Below are positions 14,291-28,429 of a stretch of 64,000 nt of DNA, in pieces. The notes below the pieces were generated by a model that worked only from the letters and a program-made list of their open reading frames with translations, ran no database searches and was not told the origin of the DNA. This DNA comes from the human T2T-CHM13v2.0 reference genome, Homo sapiens. Numbering within the stretch: the stretch's first letter is position 1; each line of letters begins with the position of its first letter. Location of the stretch: assembly GCF_009914755.1 (NCBI RefSeq), contig NC_060932.1, one strand, 5' to 3'. Position numbers and translations under genes: made by a program.

Positions 14291-15005
14291 GTAGCAACAG
14301 GAGGCAGCCAAATGCCTAAGCAGATAGGGGTGGGTCTCTGGTGAAACCCTACCTTCAAGCCAAAAACAGCCTGAAGGCTGAAAGACTGGACTGCTGGTCC
14401 TGGATGAAACCCGCAACCCAGAGTGAGAACTTTTGCTCCTGTTTGCCCACCCTTTCCTGATTAAATTTTTCTGAATAATGTCTTTTAACCAATCGAATGT
14501 TGCCTTTTCAAATACTACCTATGGCCTGCCCCTTCCCCATTCTGAGCCCATGAAAGCCCAGGACTCAGTCACATTGGGGGGCACTTTCCTGCCTTTAGGT
14601 AGGGGGACCACTCCCATGTCCTCTCTTTGCTGAAAGCTGTTTCATCACTCAATAAAAACCCCTGCCTTGGGCTTAATACCTGGGCAATGGGTTGATAGGT
14701 GCAACAAACCACCATGGCACATGTTTACCTATGTAACAAACCTACATATCCTGCACATGTATTCTGGAACTTAAAATTAAATTAAACTAAATTTAAAAAC
14801 CTGCCTTGCTCACTCTTAGACTGTCAACACATTCTCATTCTTCTTGGGTGCAGGACAAGAACTTGGGGACTGGTGTGCAAGACAGACTTGGCCCTGGCAG
14901 CCAAGTGGGTGGGCCATCTCCTGCTGTGGGTAGTGTGCCCAGGCAGGGTGTCACTGGCCAGAGGTCCCCAGCTTGCAAAGTGACCAAGAAGAAAATCCTG
15001 TGTCA
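14291..15005 (+). mobile_element. Solo ERV1 LTR (LTR27/28/29-MER52 group-like)
   Basis: aggaggcagccaaatgcctaagcagataggggtggg..., CCAAT box, AATAAA at 14651, ends aaaatcctgtgtca. Subfamily uncertain. Confidence 0.7.
14670..14794 (+). mobile_element. Very short 5'-truncated L1PA 3' end inserted at the LTR poly(A) signal
   Basis: ggcttaatacctgggcaatgggttgataggtgcaacaaaccaccatggcac...A-rich tail. TSD aaaaacccctgccttg (14654-14669) / aaaaacctgccttg (14795-14808). Confidence 0.88.
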
Positions 15006-15257
15006 CTATATAGTGTGTGTTGAGCATCTTCATCATTTCTTGTTATTGTCAAAGGGTTGATTCAGTTTGAATGCTCATTTTTTATGCACTGGTGTAACAT
15101 TGTAACATATTTACTAGAATATTTTATATGTGGAGCACAAGTTACAGTGGTACCTATCTAAATCAAAATTAGTAATTAATTTGAAATACTTATTATTTTA
15201 ATTATCTCACAATTAAAACATTTTTCTAGATTGTTTATCTTTTAGGCTCTTTGGGAT

Positions 15258-16245
15258 TGACAAAGACCCTCTCCTTTGACCAAAATCTCAGGCTCCTCTG
15301 AGTCCTGAACTTGGCCTGCTTTTACTTCAAAATCAAATTCATTTTTTGAAAAATGATGAACCAGTTTTGTCAATATGGATGCAAATGTGAAGGATAATGA
15401 TTTTTGGTGCTCATTCAGTTATTGGAAAGCTTATGTTTCAAATAATTTGAGTATGTATATCTACTTTTTCAAATCCAAATTTATGAAACCAAGTACCAAT
15501 AAAATATTTTGATGAAAATTTAGCATCTGAATTGAGGCATATTGTAAGTATAAAATACACACTGGGTTTTGAAGATTTTGTTAAAAAAACATAAAATATA
15601 GTCATTAATAATTTTTATTTTGATTACATGATAAATAAAAATACTTTATATTGAGTTAAATAGTATACGTTATTAACATTAATTTTACCTTTCAGTTTTC
15701 ACTTTTTACAATGTGGCTACTAGAACATTTAGAATTATACATGCTGCTGCTTGCATTATATTTCTATTGGACAGAACTAGAGCTACTCTAGAGTAAAATG
15801 CAGGGGGCAAGGTTAGAATCAACTTTTAAAAAATATGCAGAGTTCTAAAAGCCTACTGAACAGAAAAATAGAGAACTAGGATTAAAATTCTGTGTCCTTA
15901 TAGAATCTAGTTTGAGCAGGAATCCTGCTAAATCAGATTAGTGAAAAAATCTCCCACCCTTGGTATCTGACCACTTTGATATCTTATCATCATGGCCTGC
16001 CTTCAGCAGTAATCCTATCCAGTCACTTTAATCAGGAACTCCTTATCCTTGATGTTTCCTCTAGTAATTTTCCATCCACTGACCCCACCCTTGGTTATAA
16101 ATTCCCACTTATCCTTGTTGGAGTTGGAACTGTCCAATCTCTCCACTGCAAGACCCCATGGTGGTGACCCTATCACCATAGCTCTCTTGAATAAAGTCTG
16201 CCTTACCATCTTTAACAAGTGTTCGGATAATGTTCTCATTTAGCA
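15258..16245 (+). mobile_element. MER31-like ERV1 solo LTR split by an inverted duplication
   Basis: tgacaaagaccctctcctttgaccaaa...cttggcc, then insert 15317-15888, then ctgtgtcctt...gaatcctgctaa...gaataaagtctgccttacc...tttagca. Confidence 0.75.
15317..15888 (-). repeat. Inverted duplicate of 12834-13407
   Basis: The reverse complement aligns collinearly with 12834-13407 (for example gcatattttttaaaagttgattctaaccttgcccc is shared), including about 110 bp outside the Charlie1 terminus. Diverged, roughly 85% identity by eye. Confidence 0.92.
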
Positions 16246-16616
16246 GGCAGCAAGAGCTGTGTCTTTTCTGCTCTGTACTTCTAGTGCCTAGCATAGCACA
16301 TAGCAAAGAACAGGTGCTCAATTAGCACTTGTTGACTGAACAGTCAGGGCTCACCATGCACCTCTTCCCTCCCATTCTTTCCTCTAGCTGACGTGCCAGT
16401 ATTGCAGCACGGCATTAGATGTCTAGATACGTTCCTTATTTAACATATGGCATATCCAGCAAAAAGAAAAATGAAAATGCTTAAAAGGAATTCTGCATGC
16501 ATATTTTCTCAGTGTGGGTCTCAAAACTTGGAGAGTTCAGATATTCAGAATGCTATCTATACAAAGATCAGAAAAGAGTTGTCTTCAATTGGAGGCTTTA
16601 TATATTTCCTTGAGAA
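15951..16616 (+). repeat. Donor copy of 666-bp direct duplication
   Basis: Identical by eye to 21295-21960 (offset 5344). Four ORF-track translations are identical at that offset. Confidence 0.97.
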
Positions 16617-16669
16617 GATCTGTGCTTAACCCACAGTATTAAAACAATATATACTGTACTTGTCATGAC

Positions 16670-16900
16670 TAGAGGCAGTTCGAGAGGTCAAACAGACCTG
16701 GGGTTCAAACCCTGCCTCCTCTACCTGGTAGCATAATCTCAGGCAAACTACTTCGCTAAGTCTAACTGTGCTCAAAAGTAAATTGGCAATAAATCTAACT
16801 ATCCCTGAGGTAACGGTGGAGATCAAGAAGCATGCAAACCACACAGCCCAGCACTCACATGGTAAGACCGCAGTATACCTTAGCAATTTTTATTATGAAT
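16670..16900 (+). mobile_element. MIR remnant
   Basis: cagacctgggttcaaaccctgcctcctctac...ggcaaactactt core. Confidence 0.65.
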
Positions 16901-16919
16901 AATAGTAATAAACAAAATG

Positions 16920-17405
16920 TGTTAGCTACCATGTTTTATTATAAGCATTAGAAATAGATTCCGATTAACTTAAGCAAACAAGAGGGGAAGGAAGGTTAGT
17001 TATAAAAGCTATAAAGCAGCAGAGAACAGAAAGGAAGACTGAATCAGGAAAAATAGGAGGCAAGGATGCTCTGGGAAACGACATTTCATAAATTAAAAAA
17101 TCTACTCAAAGTGCCATGATCAGAATGATTCACCTCTGATGATTTTTCTGCCCTGTGCTGTTAGGTTAGATGTTCAAATTCCAGATTCATGGAAGAGAGT
17201 CTTATCTGCCTAGTATGGGTACTTTTATGCCAACCCTTTGGCATGGTGGCAAAGGTGGCTTGCAGGTCTGCACCACCTTGATTGACAGTTTCTTCAAGAA
17301 TATATTCACATGGTATGGGTTATCCCCTCAGTAAAATTGGAGTGCTGCTTTCAAATCAAGGAGTAAGGAATGCTTTACAGGTAAAAACAGCAGATGTCCT
17401 CTACA
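16920..17405 (-). mobile_element. Old MaLR (MLT1-type) LTR remnant
   Basis: Degenerate MLT1 motifs (aacttaagcaaacaagagggg; aaaaacagcagatgtcctctaca). Confidence 0.5.
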
Positions 17406-18115
17406 CATCGTTTTATCACAAGCTATAGATTACACAGACTCTGCAGTGTTTGTATAGGGTATAGAAAAGCTTTTGTTATTATCTAGTTCACTCCAGTGAG
17501 ACAGAAGTAAAACAGGTAGAGAGCTGCCTGCTGAGGATGTGGCCCCGAGATAAGGATTCCTGGAATGTTTGAGCTGGGAAGGGTGGATTGCCCAAAGCAA
17601 TCTATATTATTTGAGACTGTAGGAAAATTTGAATAGCGGTGGAAGGATGCCAAATTCTAGATGGAGAGACAGGGCCATTGAACTCTAAAGCACAACGTGA
17701 AACAGGAGAATGAGCAAAAGTGAGAGACTGAAAAATAGAGAGTAAAATGAATTGGGTTTGAAAGACTTAGAGCATCTAGTGCAGTTAAAGCTCTGAATAC
17801 GATTAAGGTGGTTTCTTTCTTATTTTTATGCCTTCCAGAGCATTTCCAGTGGCTAAAGATGAGTGCTTCAACGGATCATCCGAAGAGGTTCTGCAGGGCT
17901 AGAGAGACTCCAAACACAAGAATTGGGCAAACACTGAACTGGATGTGGTTGCTGAATTGTTTCTGTCCTTATCTTGTTGAGATGTTTTACATCTTTCATC
18001 AGAAATTTCTCCACTGTCCTTGAGCTAGTGTTTTCCAAATGCCAGTCGATAGAGCAGTGCTGATCTGTGACAACATTTTCACTGATCTGTAGTCATATCA
18101 AAGAATAAAAAAATA

Positions 18116-18430
<315 letters not shown>

Positions 18431-18849
18431 CAGAAAAATAAAAATTCATATTTCTCAAGTGAGGTTTTCATAAAATTAAACTCCTCAATTTGAAGGGTTT
18501 TCTTTTATTCTAAAATTATGTCCTTCTTCATTCTGGTTTCTCTTCAGATTGTATAAACCTTTTGGTTTTTACTCAAATTATGTTCTCATACATTTTGATG
18601 TTAAAATATCCTTATTTTTAGTGGGAAGATGGCAAAAATGGATGGTAGTTTTAAAAATATCTTTACTTGGCGCAATAAATACCTGGCAACCATATATTGA
18701 TTTCCTCTCTACTTTTTAAAAATATATGTTAGTCTATAAAATATAAAATCTGAAAACCATGGCTCTAAATGCCTCTAAGTCTCTCACGGCTCACTTCCCA
18801 TGCGAGTGCACATGGGGAAAGTTGTTACAGTCCCCATCAGCAGGAGGAA

Positions 18850-19005
18850 CACAGGAGACCCAAGTTCAAATCCTGCTTCTCCACTTACTGGTCCTTTGAC
18901 CTGGAATAAGACATTTGGTTTTATCTGTAACATAGCAATGAGTATTGTACCTACCTTATAATGGTTTTTATGGGGTGCTGAGTAGATGTTTGCTCTAATG
19001 ACTAC
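18850..19005 (+). mobile_element. MIR remnant
   Basis: gacccaagttcaaatcctgcttctccacttact...tatctgtaacatagcaatg core. Confidence 0.65.
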
Positions 19006-20514
19006 TATTACTAATTTCAGGTAATTTTTTTTGTCTCTCAAATTATAATTAGAGTTTAGACTTTAAAGACCAGATCTTTTCATTTAAATTTTTATATCTC
19101 AAAATACTGTCTGAATGATGGACAAATCTCTCCTTAAGGTAACCATTTAAATTCATTCTCTGAAAAAAAATGTATTGCATCATGAAATGAAAATCACCTT
19201 TAAAAATATAAATTGCAAAGTGAATGGTGATTTTCCTCTGACTTTCCATTGATACCATAAGGAGCTGGATTGTCAGAATCCTTTAGAATTGTAAAAAAAA
19301 TGGCAAAGGGGACAGGGGCCTGTTCCTCATTTGTTTTGAGTAGACACTTATCACCAACACACCATAGGTCTAATCCTGTCTAAATCTAGAAATAAGAGCT
19401 TAGATTCAATAACTTCTAAAAATTCCCCAGATCAGAGCAATTGGATTTAAGCTTCATAAGCAGTGAATATTGTATAACTTTTAATTGCCTAATTGTAGGC
19501 TTAAGCATGTTAAGCTATTTTCATTTCAAAGTTTCAAGCCCAAGTCTATTTAAATAAGCTGAAATCAATGGCACTTCATAAACTGCCTCTTTTACAAGAA
19601 TTCCAGAGTCATTCTCTGTCCCTTTTTTCTTTGTGACAGCTTCAACTTTTATGCTTTCAGAACAGATCACTGGCAGAATGTTCCTACAGTAGAAATAAAA
19701 CGACTTTGTAGTTTTTCTTCATTATCAAGATCTGAAATATTTTAACAAATGTTAGTCGGTTGGTGAGGCCTGGCAAGCTCTGGAAGGAGCTCTGGAGAGG
19801 AACCAAACTATGTCTCTCACATGTTCCCACGCTTTCTTATGTAATAAAAAGAGTCCATGCTGCCTGAATGTCTTTCATCATTATGATTTTCTAAGGCTGT
19901 CTGAAGTGTATGGATAATCCCATTGTTACCTAATCCATCACAGTACTTAATATTCCCAGGAGCACCCTTCCAGCTTTCCATGGAAAATTTCAGTTTCAGA
20001 AACCTGGGTTTGGAAAGCTCAACATTCTTGATTTCAAGCAATGAATTGAGAAGACTGGTGAGCAGGGTAAGCTTGAAGGGCGGGGCTGGTATTCAGATCT
20101 GGGTATTTTCCCATACATTTCCCTCAGATGGGTTTTGCGATTAGACTTGACAATCTCTGGAGGCTGTATCTCCATAGGCCTAGAGCAACAGGCTCACTTT
20201 CAAACAGTAAAAGGAAATCTGATAGAATGCAATGGGTGATAAGGTCATGTTTTCCTGTGCAGTGTTTATTTGTTCTGGTCTGACACTAGGTTTTGTGGCT
20301 CAAATTAAATTTTAACAAACGCCGTCTGAGAACTTCCCCTGGGAAGGGGCTGAGTCAAGTCGGGAGGATAGAGCACTGTGGTGGATGAACTTGGGGCAAG
20401 GCTGGACTGAACATTTGGATGAAAGCTAAGGGCTCAGGATGACCACTCCACGTGAGCAGGGGGACAAGGCCACACTGCAACATCAGCCAGGTGTGCAGTG
20501 AAGAGTGGGGTTCA

Positions 20515-22250
<1,736 letters not shown>

Positions 22251-23099
22251 AAAAAGGCAAGGATTCTGGGCAGGTTGTTCTCCTTATTTATTCTCCCTTA
22301 AAATTATAAACCACCGTTTCTTGGTTACTGTAGGTTTTTGCCCTCAGCCTTGTAACTGTTCATTTTTGTCACTTGCAGCATAGCCACACTCTGCAAATGA
22401 TCAAAATCAGCATCGCTCACTCTGTGGGGCTCTTGGAAACAAGTCTGCTTAGCTCTCCCCAAACTCCACATGGTTCCCCCAAATGGCAGCACTGGGGCCC
22501 AGCATGAAGCAGCTAATGCTGTGTATGGGATGCAATTTCAAAACACCCCAGATCCATTCTAACTAATCAAGTGGACCAGAGGGGAGCGCTCCTCAGAGGT
22601 CCAAACCACACAATCTCCATAGCCCATTTTATATTCTCAAATATATTTCTTTGAATAATTTTTTGAAGTGAAATTGTTTTGAATTCTCATGATCTTTCTG
22701 TTGAAATTTATGAAAAAAGATGATTCATGTGCTCTTCTGGATATAAAATATAGCTAGAAAAGTAAAGCAAAAATAAAATCAATTCCATGTTAGGGAAGGA
22801 AATTCAGAATTTATATATTAGATGAGGAAAGCTGGACCATAATTAATTAGCAAATATTCTTAAATTTGGGTGAGCAAATGTGTTCTGTTTTTATTGTGGA
22901 ACGCTGAGCTGTGGAGATGTTCTGGACCTGATGCCAATTAGCCTCCCATTTTTACTTAATTAAGTGTCATCTAGAGCTCCTGCTGGCATAAAATGGTTTT
23001 CAGTTCTGCTGTTTTTCTTTTGCTTTCTTGTCAAAATCCATTTACCAAATGGTACCAAAAACTATTTTTTAATACATAAAATGTAGAGGTATGGATAGG

Positions 23100-23295
23100 T
23101 ATGCAGAACAGGATCTGTGGAAGCGGATAAACTCACCTGAATCCCAGCTCTGTCACTTTCTAGCGCCTGCTCTTTGCTATTATTTCACCTTTCGAATCCT
23201 TAGTTTCCTCCCGTGTAAAACAGGTAAAATACCCACCTCATAATGCTGTTGTTAGGACTAAATGAGATAGAGTAAGGACTTAATGAATGAATGGT
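23100..23295 (+). mobile_element. MIR remnant
   Basis: tgaatcccagctctgtcactt...cttagtttcctcccgtgtaaaacagg...aggactaaatgagata. Confidence 0.75.
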
Positions 23296-23299
23296 TGTT

Positions 23300-24000
23300 C
23301 TTTTGTAATAATTATAGACTTATAGGAAATCGCACAAAGAATATGGAGAAGTCCCTGTGCCCTTCGTCCAGTTTCCCTCAATGATTACTCCTTGCATAGT
23401 TATAGTATGATATCAAAACCACAGAATTGATTTTGATATAATGTGGATGTATATTTTGAGGTCATTTTATCACATGTGTGTATTCCTATAGTCACCACTA
23501 CAATCAAGATAAAGAACTATTCCATCACTACGAAGGTCTCTCCCTTATGCTACCCATAAAGTGACACCCACTTCTTTCCCTTACTCCCACCAACTCTAAC
23601 CTCTAGCAACCGCCAATCACTATAGTGATGAGTTTTCCATCACTGTAATTTTGTATTTCTATATGAATGAGAATGTTTATGTAAATGGAATAACAGTGTA
23701 TTACCTTGAGACTGGCTTTTCTTTTTCATTCAGCATGACGAACTTGAGATCTATCTAAGTGGTTGCATGTGTCAATAGTTCATTTATTTTTATTCCTGAG
23801 TAGCACTCAATGGTATGCATATACCACAGTTCATTTAGCAATTCAGTTATTGCAGGACATGTTGGTTGTTTTTGGGCTTTGGCTATTACAAATAAAACTA
23901 CTTGGGAACACCTTACACAGGTTTTTGTCTGGATATAAATTTTCAGTTATCTGAGATAAATGCCCAGAAGTGTGTTTGCTCAGTTTTGTGAACTTTTTAT
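23300..24000 (-). mobile_element. L1MC-type 3' end
   Basis: ttatagacttataggaaatcgcacaaagaata...gtttccctcaatgattac...tttttggctattacaaataaa, antisense L1M 3' UTR. Confidence 0.8.
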
Positions 24001-24108
24001 CGAATTCTCATGTTATGAGTCACAAGATTGCAATTGTTGCAATATAAGAGATTGCCAATAAACCCCATCAAAGGCAAGGAGAGGAAGTTGAATAAAATCC
24101 TTGGGTAG

Positions 24109-24528
24109 TACATTAGTCCATTTTCTGTTACTTAGAATACCTAGAACTGGGGAATGTATACAGAAAAGAAATATATTTCTTACAGTTATGGAGGCGGAGA
24201 AGTCCCAGATTGAGGGATCACATCTGAGGAGAGCCCTCTTGCTGGTAGGGACTCTCTGCAGAGTCTTGAGGCAGCACACGGTGTCACATCGCAAGGGGGC
24301 TAAGCATGCTTACATGCTAGCTCAGGTCTCTCTTCCTCTTCTTATAAGCAGCAAGTTCTCCTCCCATGGTAATTTATTAATTCATTAATCTCTTAATGGT
24401 TTAATCCATTCATGAGGGCAAAACCCTCATGACCCTCTCACCTCTTAATTTTAGGCCTACCTCTTAATATGCCATGGTGGAGATTGAGTTTCAACATGAG
24501 TTTTGTAGGGGACATTCAAACTATAGCA
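24109..24528 (-). mobile_element. MaLR solo LTR (MSTC/MSTD-like)
   Basis: tacattagtccattttctgtt...ggggacattcaaactatagca. TSD ggtag/ggcag. Confidence 0.85.
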
Positions 24529-24544
24529 GGCAGGATTGCAAAAC

Positions 24545-24935
24545 TATTGTATGTTAGTCAGGATAATTAATATTAGCTACTCTAACAACCCCACAATCCT
24601 AGTAGCTCAAAACAGTAATTATTTATTTCTTCCCCAATCAATGTCCACTGTGGGTTGCGCAGCTCTGCTGAGTGACGCCCTCTCTCTACTCTGTGGCTCC
24701 ACCCATTGCAGAGTTCTAGCAGCTCTGCCATCTTTGCTTTTAGCTGGGTGGATGTGAGAGAAAGGAGAGCCCATGATAGATCAGTCTGGATGTTTTTGGA
24801 CTCAGGCCTGCGAACGCCATACATTGCTTTTTAGCTAAAACCAGTTACATCACCTCCACTACCTACAAGCAAGGTTAGGAAATGCATTCTCCCAAGAAGA
24901 GGTAATGAGGCATCTATCTGTCTAGGCTCTGTCAC
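24545..24935 (-). mobile_element. MLT1J-like LTR remnant
   Basis: gttagtcaggataa...aacaaccccacaatcctagtagctcaaaac...gcaaggttaggaaatg. Confidence 0.6.
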
Positions 24936-25374
24936 AGAGAAGCATTGTATCACTAGTAAGCAGCAGCTATGAACCAGCGGAGAGACAGACATTTTGTTAT
25001 TACTATTAAAGCATTGCAAGTTGAACTTAAATCTTGTTTGAGGTAAACTCAGTAGCAATCCTTGAATCACTTTCTATGAGGATGACTGACAGAACTAAAG
25101 ACAAGGTAATACCTGTAACACATATAACAGTGCCCACTATTTGGTAGTCACAATCATGAAGGCAGTTGATGTGTACTGCATATATTAAATGCTCCTGACT
25201 GGAAGCAGGTGATCTTTGGGAAATCCAGGAGTGAAGAGGGGTTGAAGAAAGAAGAGATGGAAATGTGCCCAGACCAGACTCACTGGCCTCTCTTGCCAGC
25301 TCTCAAGGATTCTGCTCATTCTGCAAGATATAGCCAGGCTAAATCCAGGTTAAGCCAGGATCATCCAAGGGTCA

Positions 25375-25660
25375 CGTCCAGCCCTCTGACTGTTGTTGTA
25401 TGCATGTGAGCTAAAGACAAGGTTTATATGTTTAAATGGTTTTTTTAAAAAAATAAAAAAGAAATATTATTTTGTGACACTGAAAATTACATGAAATGCA
25501 AATTTCATTGTCTATAAGTTTTGTCAGATCTCAATCAAATTCGTTTGTTTCCATATTATTTACAATTGCTTTCATTCTACCCAACAGAGTTGAATAGTTA
25601 CAAGACAGACTGTATGTGGCCTACAAAGCTGAAAACATTTACTATCTGGCCCCGGTTTGC
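25375..25660. mobile_element. MER58-like hAT-Charlie remnant
   Basis: gtgagctaaagacaaggtttatatgtttaaatggtt...gtatgtggcctacaaagctgaaaacatttactatctggccc. Confidence 0.75.
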
Positions 25661-26400
25661 CAGTGCCAAGTATAAGCCATCTGGGCCTCATAGCTTTTCA
25701 AGGTTTTGAAAATGTTATTAGGTTCATGGAAAGCCATGCCTCTTTTATGCCATCTTTATTTAATGACTTTTTCACATTGGAAAAATAGCACTGTTATTTT
25801 TTAAAATCCACTTTTAACAAAACTTCATCATCTACTTGTCAGAGGAGCAGTCATCCCAAGCGTTAATAATCCTACTGCTGAGCCCGCAGGGATAATGGTA
25901 TTATCCTTGGAATCTACCAGCATCGACCTTAGAGTTTTCAGTCCTGAAAAAAAACTGCAACATATCCAACATTGCACCATCCTAAAATGTTACATAACTG
26001 TAGCATAGTTATATTATGTGACTGAAAACCTTCACTATGAAAAAGACATTCCCTGGACATAAAGTGTACAGGTTTTTAACTGTATTTAGAAATCGTTAGC
26101 TTTTAAAACTTGCTTGTTCCCCTTTGAACAGCAAGTTCAAAAGCGTCAGAAAAAAAAATACAAAGTTTTCTTTAAAGAAAAATGTTCCCATTCTGGCAGT
26201 GTTGTGAAATACTTCATCTTTTAAAATAACCTCCAGAAACTCAGCTGTAACACCACAATTGACAGAAATGAATAAGTAGCCCTTGGGTTATTTTGATATC
26301 CTAAGAGAATACATGAATCTCTCTTCCTCTGATACCTTAGGAAAATTATCACATTTCATACCTCCTTAACAACTCATGAGCTTTCTTTTTCCATATCTGA

Positions 26401-26700
26401 TTTTTTTTTTTGACAGGGTTTCACTGCCATCACCCATCACCCAGGCTGGAGTGCAGTGGTGTGCTGTAGGCTCACTACAACCTTCACCTCCCAGGCTCAA
26501 GAGATCCTCCTGCCTCAGCCTCCTGAGTAGCTAGGACTACAGGTGTGCACCAACAGCCCTGGCTAATTTTTGTATTTTTAGTAAGAGACGGGGTTTCACC
26601 ATGCTGGCCAGGTTGGTCTTGAACTCATGACCTCAAGTGATCTGTCCACATCAGCCTCCCAAAGTGCTGGGATTACAGGCATGAGCCACCGTGCCCCACC
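26401..26700 (-). mobile_element. Alu (J-like right arm, S-like left arm)
   Basis: Poly-T start, antisense Alu dimer, internal 7-bp duplication catcacc x2. Confidence 0.93.
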
Positions 26701-26719
26701 TGGTTCTGTTTTAAATGTG

Positions 26720-26960
26720 TAGTTGACAAGAGCACTGCCTTAGAAATCAGACTGCTCCAAATTCACACTCTCCTCTGGTACTTAAGCTCGTGACTTTGGG
26801 TAAACCACATGCTGCCCTGTGTCTCAGTTTCCTCATCTGTAAAAGGAGGTCACACAGTGCTGACTTCAGAGAGTTATTGTAGAGTCAAATGGGGTATATC
26901 ATAGAAAGCCCTTAACACAGTGCCTGGCACACAGAAAACTGTCAATAATATTGTCTATGA
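26720..26960 (+). mobile_element. MIR
   Basis: gtgactttgggtaaaccac...ctgtgtctcagtttcctcatctgtaaaaggagg...cttaacacagtgcctggcacacag. Confidence 0.85.
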
Positions 26961-27910
26961 TTAGTGATTTTTATAGTCTCACTATTTTTTCAACTGCATG
27001 GTTGTAAAACCCAGAAATAGTTACAGAGACAAGTAGCGACCATTATCAACAAAATATAAACCATCTGTCAGTGAATTAAACAAATTCAAACAGAAAAAGT
27101 GTCTTTCATTTAGCAAGGTACAGAGTGAAATATATCAGTTACATGGTCAGAAATATTACAGGTATTAACTTAAGCCAACATAATCATTTTGCATAATGCT
27201 GTCTTAAACTCTTAGTAAATCTTAAGATTTATAAAACCACATGATTAACTCATCCTGCCCCTATTTAAGTCCTTCTTATGATGAGGAAAACACTGTCCCT
27301 TGAAGCAACCCATTACGATTTGAAACACTTTCTTAAACTGAGCTGAAAATTGTTTCTCTGGTGCTTACAGTCTTTGGGCCAAGTCCCACACTCTGGAGAC
27401 AAATCTAATAGTGCTTACCTTTGACAGGCCTTCAAATGTGTGATAATGTCCACACTTCTCCTTAGTTAACTACTCCAGTTCCTTTAACTCTTCATCACAC
27501 CATAGGGTTTGTGGAGCCTTCATCATCTTGGCGACGAATCCCATTGTGCTTTAAGAATAACACAATCCCCTTAAAAAAAAAAAATCTCTAGACGCTGCCC
27601 TGTGGCAACTGAACAACTACCTAAATTAACCCAACTGTGTAGCTGGAGAAAAGGATTCTAAGTATGTTCTCAGAGCAAAATTCAAAGCAACTTATTTAAT
27701 GTTTTCACTGGTTCTGTTCTGCAGGTTAGAATAACATAACGATAATACTGAGAGGCACCATGAGAAACTAGAACTTTAGGACTCAGTGCTTAGAGAATTT
27801 AAAATTGGAGGTCTTGTTTATTTAGTCCCCCATACCTCTAAATAGATTCTGAATATCTGAATGATATTGAACCCAGCAATTAGATGAATGTGCTTTTCTT
27901 TCCAACACTA

Positions 27911-28389
27911 TGTCACGAACTGTGAAGGGTCTGAGATTTTATCCTATTTGCAAACTAACAAGTGAGCCTGCCACAGTTTTGTGGATGCTGTCAGAAGACA
28001 CTGGACTCCTGGGTCAGAGCCAAGGGAGTCTATTACCCAAGGCATAACAAGTAGCCTAAAATTCATGCTCCTGTTGTTTCCATTTGCCCGTGCGTTCCAT
28101 GGGTGTGAGGTCGAACAGTGTATGTGGATGGTAAGATTGCAGTGGTTTTGCATTACAGCTGAGAAACCTCAGGCTTAAAACATCCGTTCAATCTTTTATA
28201 ACAGATTGCAAGCAAGCTGACCCAGTTTTTGCCCCAGAGGGAGACTTTATCTTTATTACACTGGACAGTAAACAAGGCTGCCCTCTGCTTCAGAGGAAGG
28301 TACTAATCTCTATTTTCCATGGCTGTTCAAGGCCTCTGCTTGCAAGATGTGTGCAGGGCAAGGGACACATGGAGAGGGGTCTCTCAGCA
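27911..28389 (-). mobile_element. ERVL solo LTR (LTR40-like)
   Basis: TG...CA termini, TSD cacta/cacca, motif ggtctgagattttatcctatttgcaaactaacaagtgagcctgccacag. Confidence 0.75.
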
Positions 28390-28429
28390 CACCATAGGGT
28401 TTTATTAGAAGGAGTACTTACTTCTCTAG

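Larger units (their letters stand above)
12943..15240. mobile_element. hAT-Charlie1 (Charlie1/MER33-type end) remnant, interrupted by L1 and LTR insertions
   Basis: Terminus cagctctgttcaatagaaatataatgcaag...ttctagtagcca matches the Charlie1/MER33 end. AT-rich internal sequence resumes at about 14060-14290 and 15006-15240. Confidence 0.7.
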
